64,000 nt of DNA from Blastocatellia bacterium. Lineage in GTDB: Bacteria; Acidobacteriota; Blastocatellia; HR10; J050. A program made the translations under genes and the position numbers. The DNA is taken from assembly GCA_025054955.1 (NCBI GenBank), contig JANWZE010000152.1:70419-134418 (forward strand), in the 5' to 3' direction. The stretch's first letter is position 1. The number at the start of each line of letters is the position of its first letter. A model generated the notes under the pieces. It ran no database searches and had not been told where the DNA came from. It saw only the letters and a program-made list of their open reading frames with translations. This document shows, in pieces, positions 39,357 to 48,799 of this stretch.

Positions 39357-41207
39357 ATGATCGAAGAAGAAGTATTAGGCAAAGCCTATGACGCGCGATT
39401 GATGCGCCGGCTGATCCGGTACCTGCGGCCCCATCGGTTGATTGTGTTGAGCGCCGTGTTGATTATCCTGGTGCAATCTGTTGTGGAGTTGGCCGGGCCT
39501 GCCCTGACGGTGGTTGCTGTTGATCTGTTCATCAAGCAGGAGCCGGCTGCGTCGCTCAGCCTTGTTTCGGCCACCGCTCAGCGCCTCATCGGTGGGCTGG
39601 GCATTGAGCTAAGTCGCGCCGAGGGAGTGAATCTGGCCGGGGCGCTCTACCTGGCGACGCTCATTCTGGGCTTTGTGCTTTATTACTGGCAGACGGTGCT
39701 GGTGCAGACGCTCGGCCAGCGCGTGATGTACGACCTGCGTGAGCAAATCTTCGGCCACTTGCAGCGGGTAGATGTTGCTTTCTACGATCGCAATCCGGTC
39801 GGACGCTTGATGACGCGGCTAACCAACGATGTGGATGCGCTGAATGAATTGTTCACGGCTGGTGTGGTAGCGGCCTTTCAAGATGTCTTTGCGTTGGTCG
39901 GCATTGTCGTGCTCATGTTCGTGTTGAATTGGAAACTGGCGCTGGTGGCGTTTGCTGTGATACCGATGTTGGTGGCAGTCACGGTCTGGTTCAAGATTCG
40001 GGCGCGTCAATCCTATCGCAAAGTGCGCGCGCGCATGGCTCGCATCAATGCCTTCCTGCAAGAACATCTGAGCGGCATGGCGACTGTTCAACTCTTCACG
40101 CGCGAGCGTCAAGCGATGGAACAATTCGATCGCATCAATGCCGATCATCGTCAGGCCAATATCGAATCCATTTTCTATTACGGCGTCTTCTTTCCGGCGA
40201 TCGAATTGATCAGCGCCATCGGCATCGCGTTGATCATCTGGTATGGCGGCGGTCAGGTGATTCAACAGGAGCTGACGATCGGCGCGCTGATCGGCTTCAT
40301 TCAACTCTCACAACGATTCTTCCGACCCATTAGCGATCTGAGCGAGAAATACAATATCCTCCAATCGGCGATGGCTTCGTCCGAGCGCATCTTCACGTTG
40401 CTCGACACGCCGGTCGCGGTGACCTCGCCACCCAATGGCTATCAACCGGCCACGGTGCGTGGTCATATCGAATTTCGCCATGTCTGGTTTGCCTATCAGG
40501 ATGAAGATTGGGTTTTGCGTGATGTCTCGTTTGAAGTCAGGCCGGGCCAACGCCTGGCTATCGTCGGACACACCGGGGCCGGCAAAACAACTATCACCAA
40601 TCTACTGCTGCGGTTTTATGATATTCAGCAAGGTCAGATTCTGCTGGATGGCGTGGATATTCGTCAGTGGGACCTGAGGACGCTGCGTCGCGCCTTCGCC
40701 ATCGTGCTGCAGGATACCTTTCTGTTCACCGGCACGATTGAATCAAACATACGGCTTGGTCAAGAGCTACCGCGCGAGCGCGTGCAGCAGGCCGCGCGTG
40801 ACGCGCGCGCGCATGAGTTCATCCGGCAACTGGACGGCGATTATCAGGCCGAAGTCAAAGAACGTGGCGCCACACTCTCCACTGGTCAGAAACAGTTAAT
40901 CGCGTTTGCTCGCGCATTGGCCTTTGATCCAACCGTCTTGATTCTGGACGAAGCAACCGCCAACATTGATACGCAAACAGAGCTACTCATCCGCGATGCA
41001 CTCGACCGATTGCTTGAAGGACGCACCAGCATCATCATTGCTCATCGCTTATCCACCATTCAGCATGCCGACCAGATTCTGGTGTTGCACAAGGGGCGCG
41101 TGCGCGAAATCGGCACGCACGAAGAGCTGCTCAGGCAGCGTGGCATTTACTATCGGCTTTATCAATTGCAGTACAAGGATCAAGAAATGCCTTTGGTAGG
41201 CGATTAG
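39357..41207 (+). CDS. ABC exporter, fused permease and ATPase (MsbA/MdlB-like)
   Basis: Six-TM N-terminal half. Walker A is GHTGAGKTT, the signature is LSTGQKQ and Walker B is ILILDEAT. ATG at 39357. Confidence 0.9.
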   Translation: MIEEEVLGKAYDARLMRRLIRYLRPHRLIVLSAVLIILVQSVVELAGPALTVVAVDLFIKQEPAASLSLVSATAQRLIGGLGIELSRAEGVNLAGALYLATLILGFVLYYWQTVLVQTLGQRVMYDLREQIFGHLQRVDVAFYDRNPVGRLMTRLTNDVDALNELFTAGVVAAFQDVFALVGIVVLMFVLNWKLALVAFAVIPMLVAVTVWFKIRARQSYRKVRARMARINAFLQEHLSGMATVQLFTRERQAMEQFDRINADHRQANIESIFYYGVFFPAIELISAIGIALIIWYGGGQVIQQELTIGALIGFIQLSQRFFRPISDLSEKYNILQSAMASSERIFTLLDTPVAVTSPPNGYQPATVRGHIEFRHVWFAYQDEDWVLRDVSFEVRPGQRLAIVGHTGAGKTTITNLLLRFYDIQQGQILLDGVDIRQWDLRTLRRAFAIVLQDTFLFTGTIESNIRLGQELPRERVQQAARDARAHEFIRQLDGDYQAEVKERGATLSTGQKQLIAFARALAFDPTVLILDEATANIDTQTELLIRDALDRLLEGRTSIIIAHRLSTIQHADQILVLHKGRVREIGTHEELLRQRGIYYRLYQLQYKDQEMPLVGD

Positions 41208-41281
41208 AAAACATAGAGAGCATGAGCAGGTGAGACAGATGAGTCCATGTTTGCATGATTACTTGGTGGGCGATTAGAAAA
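41193..41281. repeat. Direct repeat (19 bp core, period 70). The first copy contains the last 4 codons plus stop of the ABC exporter gene.
   Basis: ttggtaggcgattagaaaa at 41193-41211 and ttggtgggcgattagaaaa at 41263-41281. Weaker similarity continues for about 15 nt further. Confidence 0.8.
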
Positions 41282-41282
41282 A

Positions 41283-41312
41283 TAGACAGACATCGTGGCC
41301 TGACGATATAAT
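41283..41312 (+). promoter_or_regulatory. Sigma-70-type promoter candidate: TAGACA-N18-TATAAT
   Basis: tagaca at 41283-41288 and tataat at 41307-41312, 26 nt upstream of the hydrolase ATG. The -35 abuts copy 2 of the repeat. Confidence 0.45.
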
Positions 41313-41337
41313 CAGTTGGCCAAACGGACAGATTCTT

Positions 41338-42012
41338 ATGGAACGACATCTCGTTGAGCAGATTCGCATTCACTACGATCTGTATGTGCCGCCGAACTAT
41401 TCCAAGCGCCGCAAGTATCCATTGCTCATCGGCCTGCACGGCTATGGCGGCAACAAAGACGCCATGATGCGATTGATGCGTCGGATCAATGAGACGGATT
41501 GGTTGATCGCTTCTGTTCAGGGGCCTAATGCGTTCATTATTCCACCAGGCCATTACTCCAAAGACACGAAGACGGGCTTTGGCTGGGCTGCCCACTATAA
41601 ACACGAAGAGGCGGTCGCGCTGCACCACGAGATCATTCTGGATTTAGTCGAGGATGTCAGCGCCGATTATTCGGTGGATAAGAAACGATTATTCCTGCTG
41701 GGCTTTTCCCAATCGGTCGCGCTCAATTACCGGTTCATCGGCACCTATCCGAATTACATTCGTGGCGTCATTGGTGTGTGTGGGGGCATTCCGGGCGATC
41801 ATCAGCGGGTGAATTATCTGGTAGCCGACACAGAAGTGTTGCACATCGCCACTGATCAGGACGAATTTTACCCGTTGGACCGTGTCAAGACGTTTCTCCC
41901 CTGGCTAGAACAGCACGCGCTCTCAGCCGAGTTGAAAATCTATAAGGATAAACACACCTTCCCACGTCGCGCGCTCAGTTACATTCGCCGATGGATTCGT
42001 GAGCGAATCTGA
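41338..42012 (+). CDS. Alpha/beta hydrolase (phospholipase/carboxylesterase or PHB-depolymerase-esterase-like)
   Basis: Contains LLIGLHGYGGN and the nucleophile elbow GFSQS. Confidence 0.8.
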   Translation: MERHLVEQIRIHYDLYVPPNYSKRRKYPLLIGLHGYGGNKDAMMRLMRRINETDWLIASVQGPNAFIIPPGHYSKDTKTGFGWAAHYKHEEAVALHHEIILDLVEDVSADYSVDKKRLFLLGFSQSVALNYRFIGTYPNYIRGVIGVCGGIPGDHQRVNYLVADTEVLHIATDQDEFYPLDRVKTFLPWLEQHALSAELKIYKDKHTFPRRALSYIRRWIRERI

Positions 42013-42094
42013 TGACGGCACGGGAGCAGGCCAACCCACAGCCACCTTCAAGGTGAAAGAGCCGACGTATAACCACGCCGGCAGGTTGAATTCA

Positions 42095-42787
42095 ATGGCT
42101 GAAGAAAAACCTCAGTATCTGCACCATCGAGCGCGGCTCCGCCAGCGATTTGAAAAGACAGGCGCCGACGGCTTTCATGATTATGAGCTATTGGAATTAT
42201 TGTTGACGTATGCCATACCGCGCAGGGATGTCAAACCTATCGCCAAGCGCCTCATCGAGCATTTTGGCAGCCTGGCCGGCGTGCTCGATGCGAGCCAACG
42301 AGAATTGCAACGCGTCGCTCAAATGGGACCTGCTTCAGCCGTCTTGATTCGGCTGGTCAAAGAGATGTGCGGCCAGTACCTCGCTCAGCGACTGGTCGCC
42401 TCCGATGTGCTGTCTTCACCTCGTGCTGTGACCGACTTCGCCCGCATGAAACTAGCCGGCTTGTCCCACGAAGCCTTCATGGTCATCTACTTGAACACGC
42501 AAAATGGCGTCATTCATTACGACGTGATTCATGAAGGGACGATTGATCATGCCGTCGTTTACCCCCGGCGTATCTTTGAAGCAGCTCTGAGCTGTCATGC
42601 CAGCGGACTCATCCTCGTTCATAATCATCCCAGTGGTCGAGTCCACCCTTCAGAAGAAGATAAGCGACTGACGCGCTCGTTAGCTGAGGCCGCGCGAGCC
42701 CTCGACATACGCATCTTGGATCATATCATCGTCGGCAAAGAGGGCTATTTTAGCTTTGCCGAGAACCATCTGCTGTCTGTAAGTTGA
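42095..42787 (+). CDS. radC: RadC-family JAB-domain protein
   Basis: Contains HHRARLRQRF..ELLELLL (HhH-like) and the JAMM motif HNHPSGRVHPSEEDKRLT. ATG at 42095. Confidence 0.9.
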   Translation: MAEEKPQYLHHRARLRQRFEKTGADGFHDYELLELLLTYAIPRRDVKPIAKRLIEHFGSLAGVLDASQRELQRVAQMGPASAVLIRLVKEMCGQYLAQRLVASDVLSSPRAVTDFARMKLAGLSHEAFMVIYLNTQNGVIHYDVIHEGTIDHAVVYPRRIFEAALSCHASGLILVHNHPSGRVHPSEEDKRLTRSLAEAARALDIRILDHIIVGKEGYFSFAENHLLSVS

Positions 42788-42936
42788 AAAATAAAGTGGG
42801 TTAGCCCGTTCCTCGCTGTGTCATCACCGGTGGCTGTTAGAGATAATAAACTTTTCTCGTTTACGATAATAAACCTTTTTGGCTTGTGCCGTATCTAAGA
42901 GCACGTGACGACGATTTTGAATTTCCTGGAGGCATC

Positions 42937-44796
42937 ATGAAACGGATTCTTAGTTACTATTTTGCTGGACTGATGATCGTGACGGGGATATGGCCGGCTC
43001 AAGCCAGTCAAACCCGACCCTTTTTCGATGTGAGCCAATTTCGTGGCGCGCGATTTGTGCCCGGGCGCGTGCTGGTCAAGTATCGTGGCGAGGCAGCGGT
43101 TCGGCTGGTTCATTTGCCAGCCGGTGAGGACGTGATGGGTCGGTTGCAATCGCTCTCGTATGACGCGCGCGTCGAGTATGCCGAGCCGGATTTGATTTAC
43201 ACGATTGACAAAGTTTCTAATGATCCGCGGCAGGCTGAGCTGTGGGGCATGCGTGCGGTCCGCGCAACCGACGCATGGGAGATCACAACTGGAAGTCAAG
43301 ATGTAGTCGTGGCCGTCACTGATACAGGGATTGACTACACTCATCCGGATTTGAGTGACAACATGTGGCGTAATCTTGGCGAGGTTCCCAACAACGGTCG
43401 GGACGATGATTTTAACGGTTATGTTGATGACTATTACGGTTGGAACGGTTACAGCAACAACGGTCATCCCCTTGACGACAATGATCACGGCACGCATGTA
43501 GCCGGCACCATCGGCGCAGTTGGCGACAACAATGCGGGCGTTGTGGGTGTCAATTGGCGCGTGAAACTGATGGCCTTGAAGTTTCTCGGTTCGGATGGTT
43601 CGGGCTCGTTGTCTGACGCTATCGAAGTGATCAATTATACTATTTTCATGAAGCAGCGCGGCGTCAACATTGTGGCGATCAATGCCAGTTGGGGTGGTGG
43701 CGGTTATTCGCGGACGCTGGAGGAAGCTATTGATCGAGCAACGGCAGCCGGCATCTTGTTTGTCGCGGCCGCTGGCAATGACAGCACGTCGGCAATTGAA
43801 TATCCCGGTGGTTATAGGAATGCATTGGCCGTCGCAGCCGTGGAAATGGACGGTCAGACGCTGGCCAGTTTTTCGAATTACGGGAGTTGGGTTGACGTGG
43901 CGGCGCCGGGGCGCTCAATCTTGAGCACGGTTCGCGGCAATCGTTATGCGAGCTTCAGTGGCACTTCGATGGCCACGCCCCATGTAGCTGGATTGGCCGG
44001 TTTGCTTGCCTCGGTGGCGCCGCTGTCTGTTCAACAACTGCGCCAGGCCATTGAGAACCACGTGCGCGTCGTTCCCAGCTTGCAAGGCAGGGTGCAAACA
44101 GGCGGTCTGATTGATGCGGCTGCGTCGGTGGGCAGCTTAAGTAGTAGTCCGCCGCCTCCGCCCACACCCAGTCAGAATACGCCGCCGACGGTCACGCTTG
44201 CGGCCAGCTCGACCACTGTGAATGCCGGCACGCCGGTCAACATTACGGCCACCGCGTTTGATCCTGACCAAGACCCATTGACCTACCAGTGGCAAACGTC
44301 AGGCGGTCAGATTCAGGGGCAAGGCAGTGCTGTGACGCTCAATACCAGCGGCATCAGTTCATCTGCTGGGACGCCCGTTCCCGTGACTGTTCAGGTGCTC
44401 GTGTCTGATGGTCGTGGCGGCTTCGCTCAAAATCAGGTCGTCATTAACGTCACGCCGCAAGCGGCTCCGGCAGCGAAATTCTCGTTGCAAATCACGCCAG
44501 CCTCGCAATCCATTCGGAGCGGTCGCGTGCTGTACGCTATTCAGATCACGCGGACGCAGGACTATCAAAACGGTGGGGCGAAGTTGGACCCGATCGTGCT
44601 GAACAATCAGGATGAAGTCTTTGCTGTCGTTGTCACGCCGCGTCCGCGCAAAGGCAAACAACCAACCACGGCGACTATGTATGTATCGCTGTTGACGGCC
44701 CGACCATCTGCGTCGGAGTACCGATTGCAGGTCAAAGGAACGGATGACTTTGGTGGCGAAGTCCTATCCAACATCGTCACCGCCACGCTCCCGTAA
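42937..44796 (+). CDS. Secreted subtilisin-family (S8) serine protease with a Pro-rich linker and C-terminal Ig/PKD-like domains
   Basis: Catalytic triad contexts are VAVTDTGID, HGTHVAGT and GTSMATPHVAG. The signal peptide follows GGAGG. The linker is SSPPPPPTPSQNTPP. Confidence 0.92.
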   Translation: MKRILSYYFAGLMIVTGIWPAQASQTRPFFDVSQFRGARFVPGRVLVKYRGEAAVRLVHLPAGEDVMGRLQSLSYDARVEYAEPDLIYTIDKVSNDPRQAELWGMRAVRATDAWEITTGSQDVVVAVTDTGIDYTHPDLSDNMWRNLGEVPNNGRDDDFNGYVDDYYGWNGYSNNGHPLDDNDHGTHVAGTIGAVGDNNAGVVGVNWRVKLMALKFLGSDGSGSLSDAIEVINYTIFMKQRGVNIVAINASWGGGGYSRTLEEAIDRATAAGILFVAAAGNDSTSAIEYPGGYRNALAVAAVEMDGQTLASFSNYGSWVDVAAPGRSILSTVRGNRYASFSGTSMATPHVAGLAGLLASVAPLSVQQLRQAIENHVRVVPSLQGRVQTGGLIDAAASVGSLSSSPPPPPTPSQNTPPTVTLAASSTTVNAGTPVNITATAFDPDQDPLTYQWQTSGGQIQGQGSAVTLNTSGISSSAGTPVPVTVQVLVSDGRGGFAQNQVVINVTPQAAPAAKFSLQITPASQSIRSGRVLYAIQITRTQDYQNGGAKLDPIVLNNQDEVFAVVVTPRPRKGKQPTTATMYVSLLTARPSASEYRLQVKGTDDFGGEVLSNIVTATLP

Positions 44797-44980
44797 CGAC
44801 GCAGCCCAGCCAGGGTGAACTTCTTCACCCTCCATAACCGTGGCGACTGGCCGGCCGACTCCCGACCGGCCACCGCCACGGGTTCTCTCCGCCACAGAGG
44901 CCGCCGACGCACGGCAAACAATAACAACAACACGGTGCGTTCGGCGCCTCTGTTTTTTATTCGCCGTCCCGCGGTTGAAC

Positions 44981-45334
44981 CTATGGCTTTGTGGTGAGCA
45001 CGTTCAGTAATTCCGTCTTGGAGATTGGTTTGGTCAAGACGGTTTCGATGCCGGTGCGAGCCCGCTCATCATCGGTCAGTGGGCCTGGCCAGCCAGTGAT
45101 CAGAATGATCCGGGTCTGCGGACTGTTCGCTTTGATGTGTTCAGCTAGCTCCAATCCGTTCATGCCCGGCATGCCACGGTCTGTGAGCACTACATCAAAC
45201 GTTTCTTCTGAACATCTCTTTAATGCTTCGGCGCCGTTGGTGGCCGTTTGGCAGGTGTAGCCATGACGGATCAGAATCAATGATAAAGTGCGGCATACAT
45301 CCTCTTCGTCATCCACAATCAAGATGTTCATCAT
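44981..45334 (-). CDS. Single-domain response regulator (CheY-like receiver)
   Basis: Contains MMNILIVDDEED..VVLTDRGMPGMNG..TKP. The tracked ORF starts at an upstream GTG. Confidence 0.9.
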   Translation of the reverse strand: MMNILIVDDEEDVCRTLSLILIRHGYTCQTATNGAEALKRCSEETFDVVLTDRGMPGMNGLELAEHIKANSPQTRIILITGWPGPLTDDERARTGIETVLTKPISKTELLNVLTTKP

Positions 45335-45351
45335 CGGCCTCGCGTGAAGCA

Positions 45352-45459
45352 CTGTAGCATGAAGCTGGCGCGTTCACAACCGGTTTGCATGCACGCTGAA
45401 GCTGCTCAACAAGGTCGCGGACCTGTAGCATGAAGCCGGCGCATTCATAACCGGATTGC
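45352..45459. repeat. 37-bp direct repeat (about 86% identity, period 71) in the divergent intergenic region
   Basis: ctgtagcatgaagctggcgcgttcacaaccggtttgc at 45352-45388 and ctgtagcatgaagccggcgcattcataaccggattgc at 45423-45459. Confidence 0.85.
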
Positions 45460-45502
45460 TGCTTGTAGCCCTGCCGGAATTGCGATATGATGCCAACTCT
45501 GT

Positions 45503-45904
45503 ATGGACCTGATCAATCCACCGGCATGGGCTGCTGCCAAGGGCTATAACAACGCAACCAAAGCACGAGCTGGACAGATCATTTGCATTGCCGGCCAGAT
45601 CGCCTGGGATGAGCATCAGCAGATTGTCGGTCACGGTGACATGGTGCGACAGTTTGATCAGGCATTGGCCAATGTTTTAACAGTGTTGACTGAAGCGGGC
45701 GGACGGCCTGAGCATCTGGTTCGATTGACGCTGTTCGTCACCGAAAAGGAGGCGTACCGGCGGTCTGTTCGCGAGATTGGAGAGGTCTACCGCCGCCGCA
45801 TGGGTAAGCATTTTCCGGCGATGACGTTGGTGGAAGTCAGCAGCTTACTCGAAGACGATGCGATGATCGAAATCGAAGCGATGGCCGTCATCGAGTCAGA
45901 ATGA
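45503..45904 (+). CDS. RidA/YjgF-family protein
   Basis: 133 aa. Contains IAGQIAWDE.. and C-terminal ..IEIEAMAV, typical of the family. Confidence 0.85.
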   Translation: MDLINPPAWAAAKGYNNATKARAGQIICIAGQIAWDEHQQIVGHGDMVRQFDQALANVLTVLTEAGGRPEHLVRLTLFVTEKEAYRRSVREIGEVYRRRMGKHFPAMTLVEVSSLLEDDAMIEIEAMAVIESE

Positions 45905-45953
45905 TGTAGCGAAGCCAAGGATCAGGCGGCTTTGAGTTTTCAGGGAGGCACGG

Positions 45954-46766
45954 ATGGGAGCGTTGGAATTCATTCAGCCAAAGACATTTTTGTACCAAGA
46001 AGAGCAGGCCGTGGCTACGATCACATTGAACCGGCCGTCAACGCTCAACGCGCTGACGTTTGAAACCTACGCCGAGTTGCGTGATCTGTTTGAAGCGTTG
46101 CAATCGCGCGATGACATTCGTGTGGTCGTCATCACTGGTCAGGGGCGTGGCTTTTGTTCGGGCGGTGATGTCAACAGCATCATCGGCCAGTTGTTCAATC
46201 GAGACATGCGTGGTTTGTTGGAGTTTACGCGGATGACCTGTGATCTGGTCAAAAACATTCGCCTGTTGCGCAAGCCTGTCATTGCTTCGCTCAATGGCGT
46301 GACGGCGGGCGCCGGCGCTGTGATTGCGTTGGCCTGCGACCTGCGGATCGCCGCCGAGACGGCCAAGATCGCCTTTCTGTTTGTTAAGGTCGGCCTGTGT
46401 GGCGCTGATATGGGAGCAGCCTATCTGCTGCCGCGCGTGATTGGTTTGAGCCGCGCGACGGAATTGCTCTACACCGGCGATTTCATCAGCGCGCAACAGG
46501 CTTACGAATTTGGTTTATACAATCGCGTGGTGAAACCCGAAGAGCTGGAAAGCGAAACAGTGGCATGGGCGCGCAAGCTCGCTGACGGCCCGGCGTTTTC
46601 CATCGGCATGACCAAGGAGATGCTCAATCGTGAGCTGAACCTGGATTTGTTGACGGCGTTGGAAGCCGAAGCGCAGGCGCAAGCCCTTTGCATGTTCAAT
46701 CCCGATTATCGCGAAGCGTATGAAGCGTTCGTGGAAAAACGCGCGCCACGATTCAATCAAAAGTGA
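45954..46766 (+). CDS. Enoyl-CoA hydratase/isomerase (crotonase) family protein
   Basis: Contains VVVITGQGRGFCSGGDV and PVIASLNGVTAGAG. Confidence 0.9.
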   Translation: MGALEFIQPKTFLYQEEQAVATITLNRPSTLNALTFETYAELRDLFEALQSRDDIRVVVITGQGRGFCSGGDVNSIIGQLFNRDMRGLLEFTRMTCDLVKNIRLLRKPVIASLNGVTAGAGAVIALACDLRIAAETAKIAFLFVKVGLCGADMGAAYLLPRVIGLSRATELLYTGDFISAQQAYEFGLYNRVVKPEELESETVAWARKLADGPAFSIGMTKEMLNRELNLDLLTALEAEAQAQALCMFNPDYREAYEAFVEKRAPRFNQK

Positions 46767-46768
46767 AC

Positions 46769-47950
46769 ATGGAGCAGGAACCTTTTTTCAGTGACCATCA
46801 TCACGAACTCGCTATGGCGGTCAAGGCGTTTGTTGAGCGCGAGGTTGAACCGCGCGCGCAGGAAGACGAGCATGAGAACGAACGAGCACGCGCGTTTGTG
46901 CAGTTAATGGCCAGGGAGAAGCTGCTTGAATATGTTGTGCCGGATGCCTACGGCGGGAGGTTTCCTCAACTCGATGTGCGCGCGTTGTGCCTGATTCGCC
47001 AAGGATTGGCCTACGGATCAGGCCTCGCTGATACGATGTTTGCCATGCAGGGGCTGGGCAGTTATCCGATCACGTTGGCCGGCAGCGAGCCGTTGAAACG
47101 GCGCTATCTGCCGCGTGTCGTCAGCGGTGACGCGATTATGGCTTTTGCTTTAACCGAGCCTGAAGCAGGATCAGATGTGGCGGCGCTGCAATCGGTGGCG
47201 CAGCGTGATGGTGATCACTACGAGCTCAGCGGCGTCAAGACGTTCATCTCCAATGCTGGCTTGGCTGATGCCTACGTCGTCTTTGCCAAGACGACCGCCG
47301 ACGTCGGCCACAAGGGCATTTCGGCGTTTGTGGTTGAGCCAACAATGGTCGGCTTCATCGTTGAGAAATCCTTGCCGCTGCTGGCGCCTCATCCCATCGG
47401 GGTCATCCGCTTGGATCGCTGCCGTGTGCCCTGCGAACATCGGCTTGGTGAAGAAGGTCAAGGCTTCAAAATTGCCATGCAGACGCTCGATCTCTTTCGT
47501 GCGACGGTGGCGGCGGCGGCCGTGGGCATGGCCCAGCGGGCGCTCGATGAAGCGATTTCCTATAGTCGGCAGCGTGTCCAGTTTGGCCGTCCACTCTGTG
47601 ATTTTCAAGGGATTCAATTCAAACTGAGCGACATGGCCACAGAACTGGATGCCGCGCGATTGTTGGTCTATCGCGCCGCCTGGAAAAAAGATCAAGGCGC
47701 CGAGCGCGTGACGCGCGAAGCAGCAATGGCAAAACTCTATGCCACCGAAGCAGCGCAGCGCATCATTGATCAAGCCGTGCAGATTCATGGCGGCAACGGC
47801 GTGGTCAGAGGATTTGCCGTCGAACGTCTCTATCGTGAGATTCGCGCCCTGCGCATCTACGAAGGAACGTCAGAGATTCAGAAGCTCGTTATTGCTCGCC
47901 AGCTTTTGAATCAAACCGAAGCGAGCCAACCACGGCTCGACCGAGAATGA
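46769..47950 (+). CDS. Acyl-CoA dehydrogenase
   Basis: Contains FALTEPEAGSD and the C-terminal catalytic region IYEGTSEIQKLVIARQLL. A GTG at 46763 overlaps the upstream stop, and the ATG at 46769 is the alternative. Confidence 0.9.
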   Translation: MEQEPFFSDHHHELAMAVKAFVEREVEPRAQEDEHENERARAFVQLMAREKLLEYVVPDAYGGRFPQLDVRALCLIRQGLAYGSGLADTMFAMQGLGSYPITLAGSEPLKRRYLPRVVSGDAIMAFALTEPEAGSDVAALQSVAQRDGDHYELSGVKTFISNAGLADAYVVFAKTTADVGHKGISAFVVEPTMVGFIVEKSLPLLAPHPIGVIRLDRCRVPCEHRLGEEGQGFKIAMQTLDLFRATVAAAAVGMAQRALDEAISYSRQRVQFGRPLCDFQGIQFKLSDMATELDAARLLVYRAAWKKDQGAERVTREAAMAKLYATEAAQRIIDQAVQIHGGNGVVRGFAVERLYREIRALRIYEGTSEIQKLVIARQLLNQTEASQPRLDRE

Positions 47951-47958
47951 GGTGACCG

Positions 47959-48789
47959 ATGAGCGAGTCATATCAACCTGAACTGACGTATGGCGACTAC
48001 TTAAAGGTACCGGAATTACTGCGGCTGCAGGTCTGTCTCTCGGAACCGGCGCATCACGACGAATTGCAATTTATCATTGTCCATCAGGTTTACGAGCTGT
48101 GGTTCAAGTTGATCCTGCACGAATTGGATGAGGCGCTCGCGCGACTGCAACAAGACGACGTGCGCACAGCTATTCGCCTGATGCGACGGGTCGTTGCCAT
48201 TCAGAAGGTGCTGGTGCAACAGATTGATGTGCTCGAGACGATGCGGCCTGTGGATTTTCTCGGATTTCGCAACAACCTCAAGCCAGCCAGCGGATTTCAA
48301 TCCTGGCAATTTCGCGAGATCGAATTTCTGGCCGGCTGCAAGGATGCCGCTTTTCTCCACCATCACGAGGGTGATCCGGTGGCGTTAGCCCACTTGCAGC
48401 GTCGTTGGCATGAGCCGTCGTTGCGTGATGTATTCTTTGATCTGTTGCGTCGTCGCGGATTTGAGCTTCCGCCGGGAAGCCAGTTTGAGGGGGATGCACA
48501 ACAGCAGTGCGTCGAACAGCTCCTGCGCATTCTGGCCGAGCCGGACCGCTACGATGACCTTTACCAGCTCTGTGATGTGATCGTCGAATTTGATGAACAC
48601 GTTGCGCTCTGGCGTGACCGACATGTGCGCATGGTGGAACGGATGATCGGCAAGAAAACAGGCACCGGCGGGAGCGAAGGCGTGCTCTATTTGCAAGCGA
48701 CGCTCGGAAAGAAATTTTTTCCTGAGCTCTGGGAGGCGCGAACGGCGCTTGATATAAACGGGAACCATTGCCCCTACGGCCACCGATGA
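47959..48789 (+). CDS. kynA: Tryptophan 2,3-dioxygenase
   Basis: Contains LTYGDYLKVPELLRLQ..HDELQFIIVHQVYELWFKLILHELD, and the size is about 276 aa. Confidence 0.9.
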   Translation: MSESYQPELTYGDYLKVPELLRLQVCLSEPAHHDELQFIIVHQVYELWFKLILHELDEALARLQQDDVRTAIRLMRRVVAIQKVLVQQIDVLETMRPVDFLGFRNNLKPASGFQSWQFREIEFLAGCKDAAFLHHHEGDPVALAHLQRRWHEPSLRDVFFDLLRRRGFELPPGSQFEGDAQQQCVEQLLRILAEPDRYDDLYQLCDVIVEFDEHVALWRDRHVRMVERMIGKKTGTGGSEGVLYLQATLGKKFFPELWEARTALDINGNHCPYGHR

Positions 48790-48799
48790 CGAGGTGATT

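Noticed and set aside
44933-44962. A possible intrinsic terminator after the S8 protease gene (GGTGC-gttcg-GCGCC followed by tctgttttttatt), and an 8-bp hairpin, AGGGTGAA-cttc-TTCACCCT, at about 44811-44830.
   Set aside because: The first stem is only 5 bp and includes a G:U pair. The second has no U-tract. Both are too weak to call.
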